A stretch of DNA of 64,000 nucleotides from Chiloscyllium plagiosum. Taxonomy: Eukaryota. The notes beneath the pieces are model-generated. The model was not told the origin of the DNA. It was given only the letters and a program-made list of their open reading frames with translations, and searched no databases. The position numbers and the translations under genes were made by a program. Positions 63,046 to 64,000 of this stretch are shown one piece after another (the first letter of the stretch is position 1; each line of letters begins with the position of its first letter). The stretch is taken from positions 14,233,142 to 14,297,141 of the forward strand of contig NC_057749.1 of NCBI RefSeq assembly GCF_004010195.1. The letters run 5' to 3'.

Positions 63046-63689
63046 TCTACATCTAGAAGTGATTTCTTTGCTTTTTAGCATTCAAAACCCTTATTTATAA
63101 ATCCAAACATGCCTCAATACCTTAGTCATAACCATTCGTGTCACACACCATATCCCAGCCAACAATGAAGCATCACCTTCGTTGTCTTCAGCCTTCCAAA
63201 AAGATCTCTAAATGCAGCAACATCTCTCACCAATTGCTTTAATCTGTTTTAATTTAACTCTGTCACCGTTGGAGCTCTACATAAGTAAACATACACCCTC
63301 AAAATAGAACTAAATGAGATTATACAGTTTCTCCATAGTATTCAACACAGATTTATCACTTTATATTTATCTGCATGCAACCTCTCTTTCTCCTCTGTTA
63401 CAAAGCTATCACAGAAATATTCATATTGTTTCTACCAGGTAAATAGACTTTTTGTTTTACTGACTTTTTTTGTTGCTTTCATTATTTTGTCATTAAAACA
63501 ATTGCCAAAAAGTAGGAAGACCACCGCAAATATTTCAGCTCCATACTGAACTGGGGTCCTGTACGTTATGAACAGTGGAGCTGAGTGTGCTTTATGAACA
63601 GTGGGAAAACACGAGCAATTAAGGCATTGCTTCACTACTCCTGCTTGGTGGGTCAGTTTGTCAACATTTGAAACATAAAAGGACTGACA

Positions 63690-64000
63690 TCAACATTTAA
63701 CACTAAAGTATTGACACTTTAAAAGCACTGGCTTTTCTACAAATAATAGTGAGGAAAACACTCTTCTCCCACTCTGAGAAGAAAGTCTGCAACGGGATAC
63801 AGATAGGTTAATGCCGTGGGAAATGAGAGATTGATTGTGTTGGCAGGAATAATAGAAAAGCAGAGCATTATTCAAAAGAAGAGCGGCTGGAGAACATTGC
63901 AATACAGAAGGATCTCGGATGTTCTTAAACACGAACCACAGAGTGTTGGTACGCAAGGAGGGCAAGTAATTAGGGAGACAAATGGAATGGTGGCTTTTAT
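63690..64000 (+). mobile_element. Old CR1 RT fragment, runs off the window
   Basis: ctgcaacgggatacagataggttaa...cagaaggatctcgg...gcaagtaattaggga resembles 29340-29590. Confidence 0.55.

Noticed and set aside
48700..64000. PEAK1 promoter or upstream non-coding exons
   Set aside because: No CpG island or convincing exon can be identified from sequence alone.
1..64000. CRISPR array or other prokaryotic system
   Set aside because: No regularly spaced direct repeats or operon structure; the sequence is intron-containing eukaryotic DNA.

Overview
Repeat-rich vertebrate genomic DNA, most likely from a cartilaginous fish (inferred from HE1/V-SINE-like and SacSINE1-like SINEs). The only host gene I can support is PEAK1 (SgK269 pseudokinase) on the minus strand. 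It has four coding exons (48524-45322, 35387/35384-35197, 28672-27891, 19037-17916) with GT-AG borders and matching phases 2/1/0, giving about 1765 aa. The rest is CR1 LINE fragments, tRNA-headed SINEs, old L2-like remnants, a MITE, and many Penelope-like element (PLE) pieces. The most striking structure is a set of at least four families of short, mostly non-coding, inverted-repeat insertions. They carry minimal hammerhead-ribozyme motifs (CTGA[AT]GA-stem-GAAA-ACGT/AGCT type), and many are flanked by 11-15 bp target-site duplications (TSDs). Two GIY-YIG-coding PLE remnants carry the same terminal repeats. Three assembly gaps fall inside young repeats. All family names come from recognition by eye; no searches were run.
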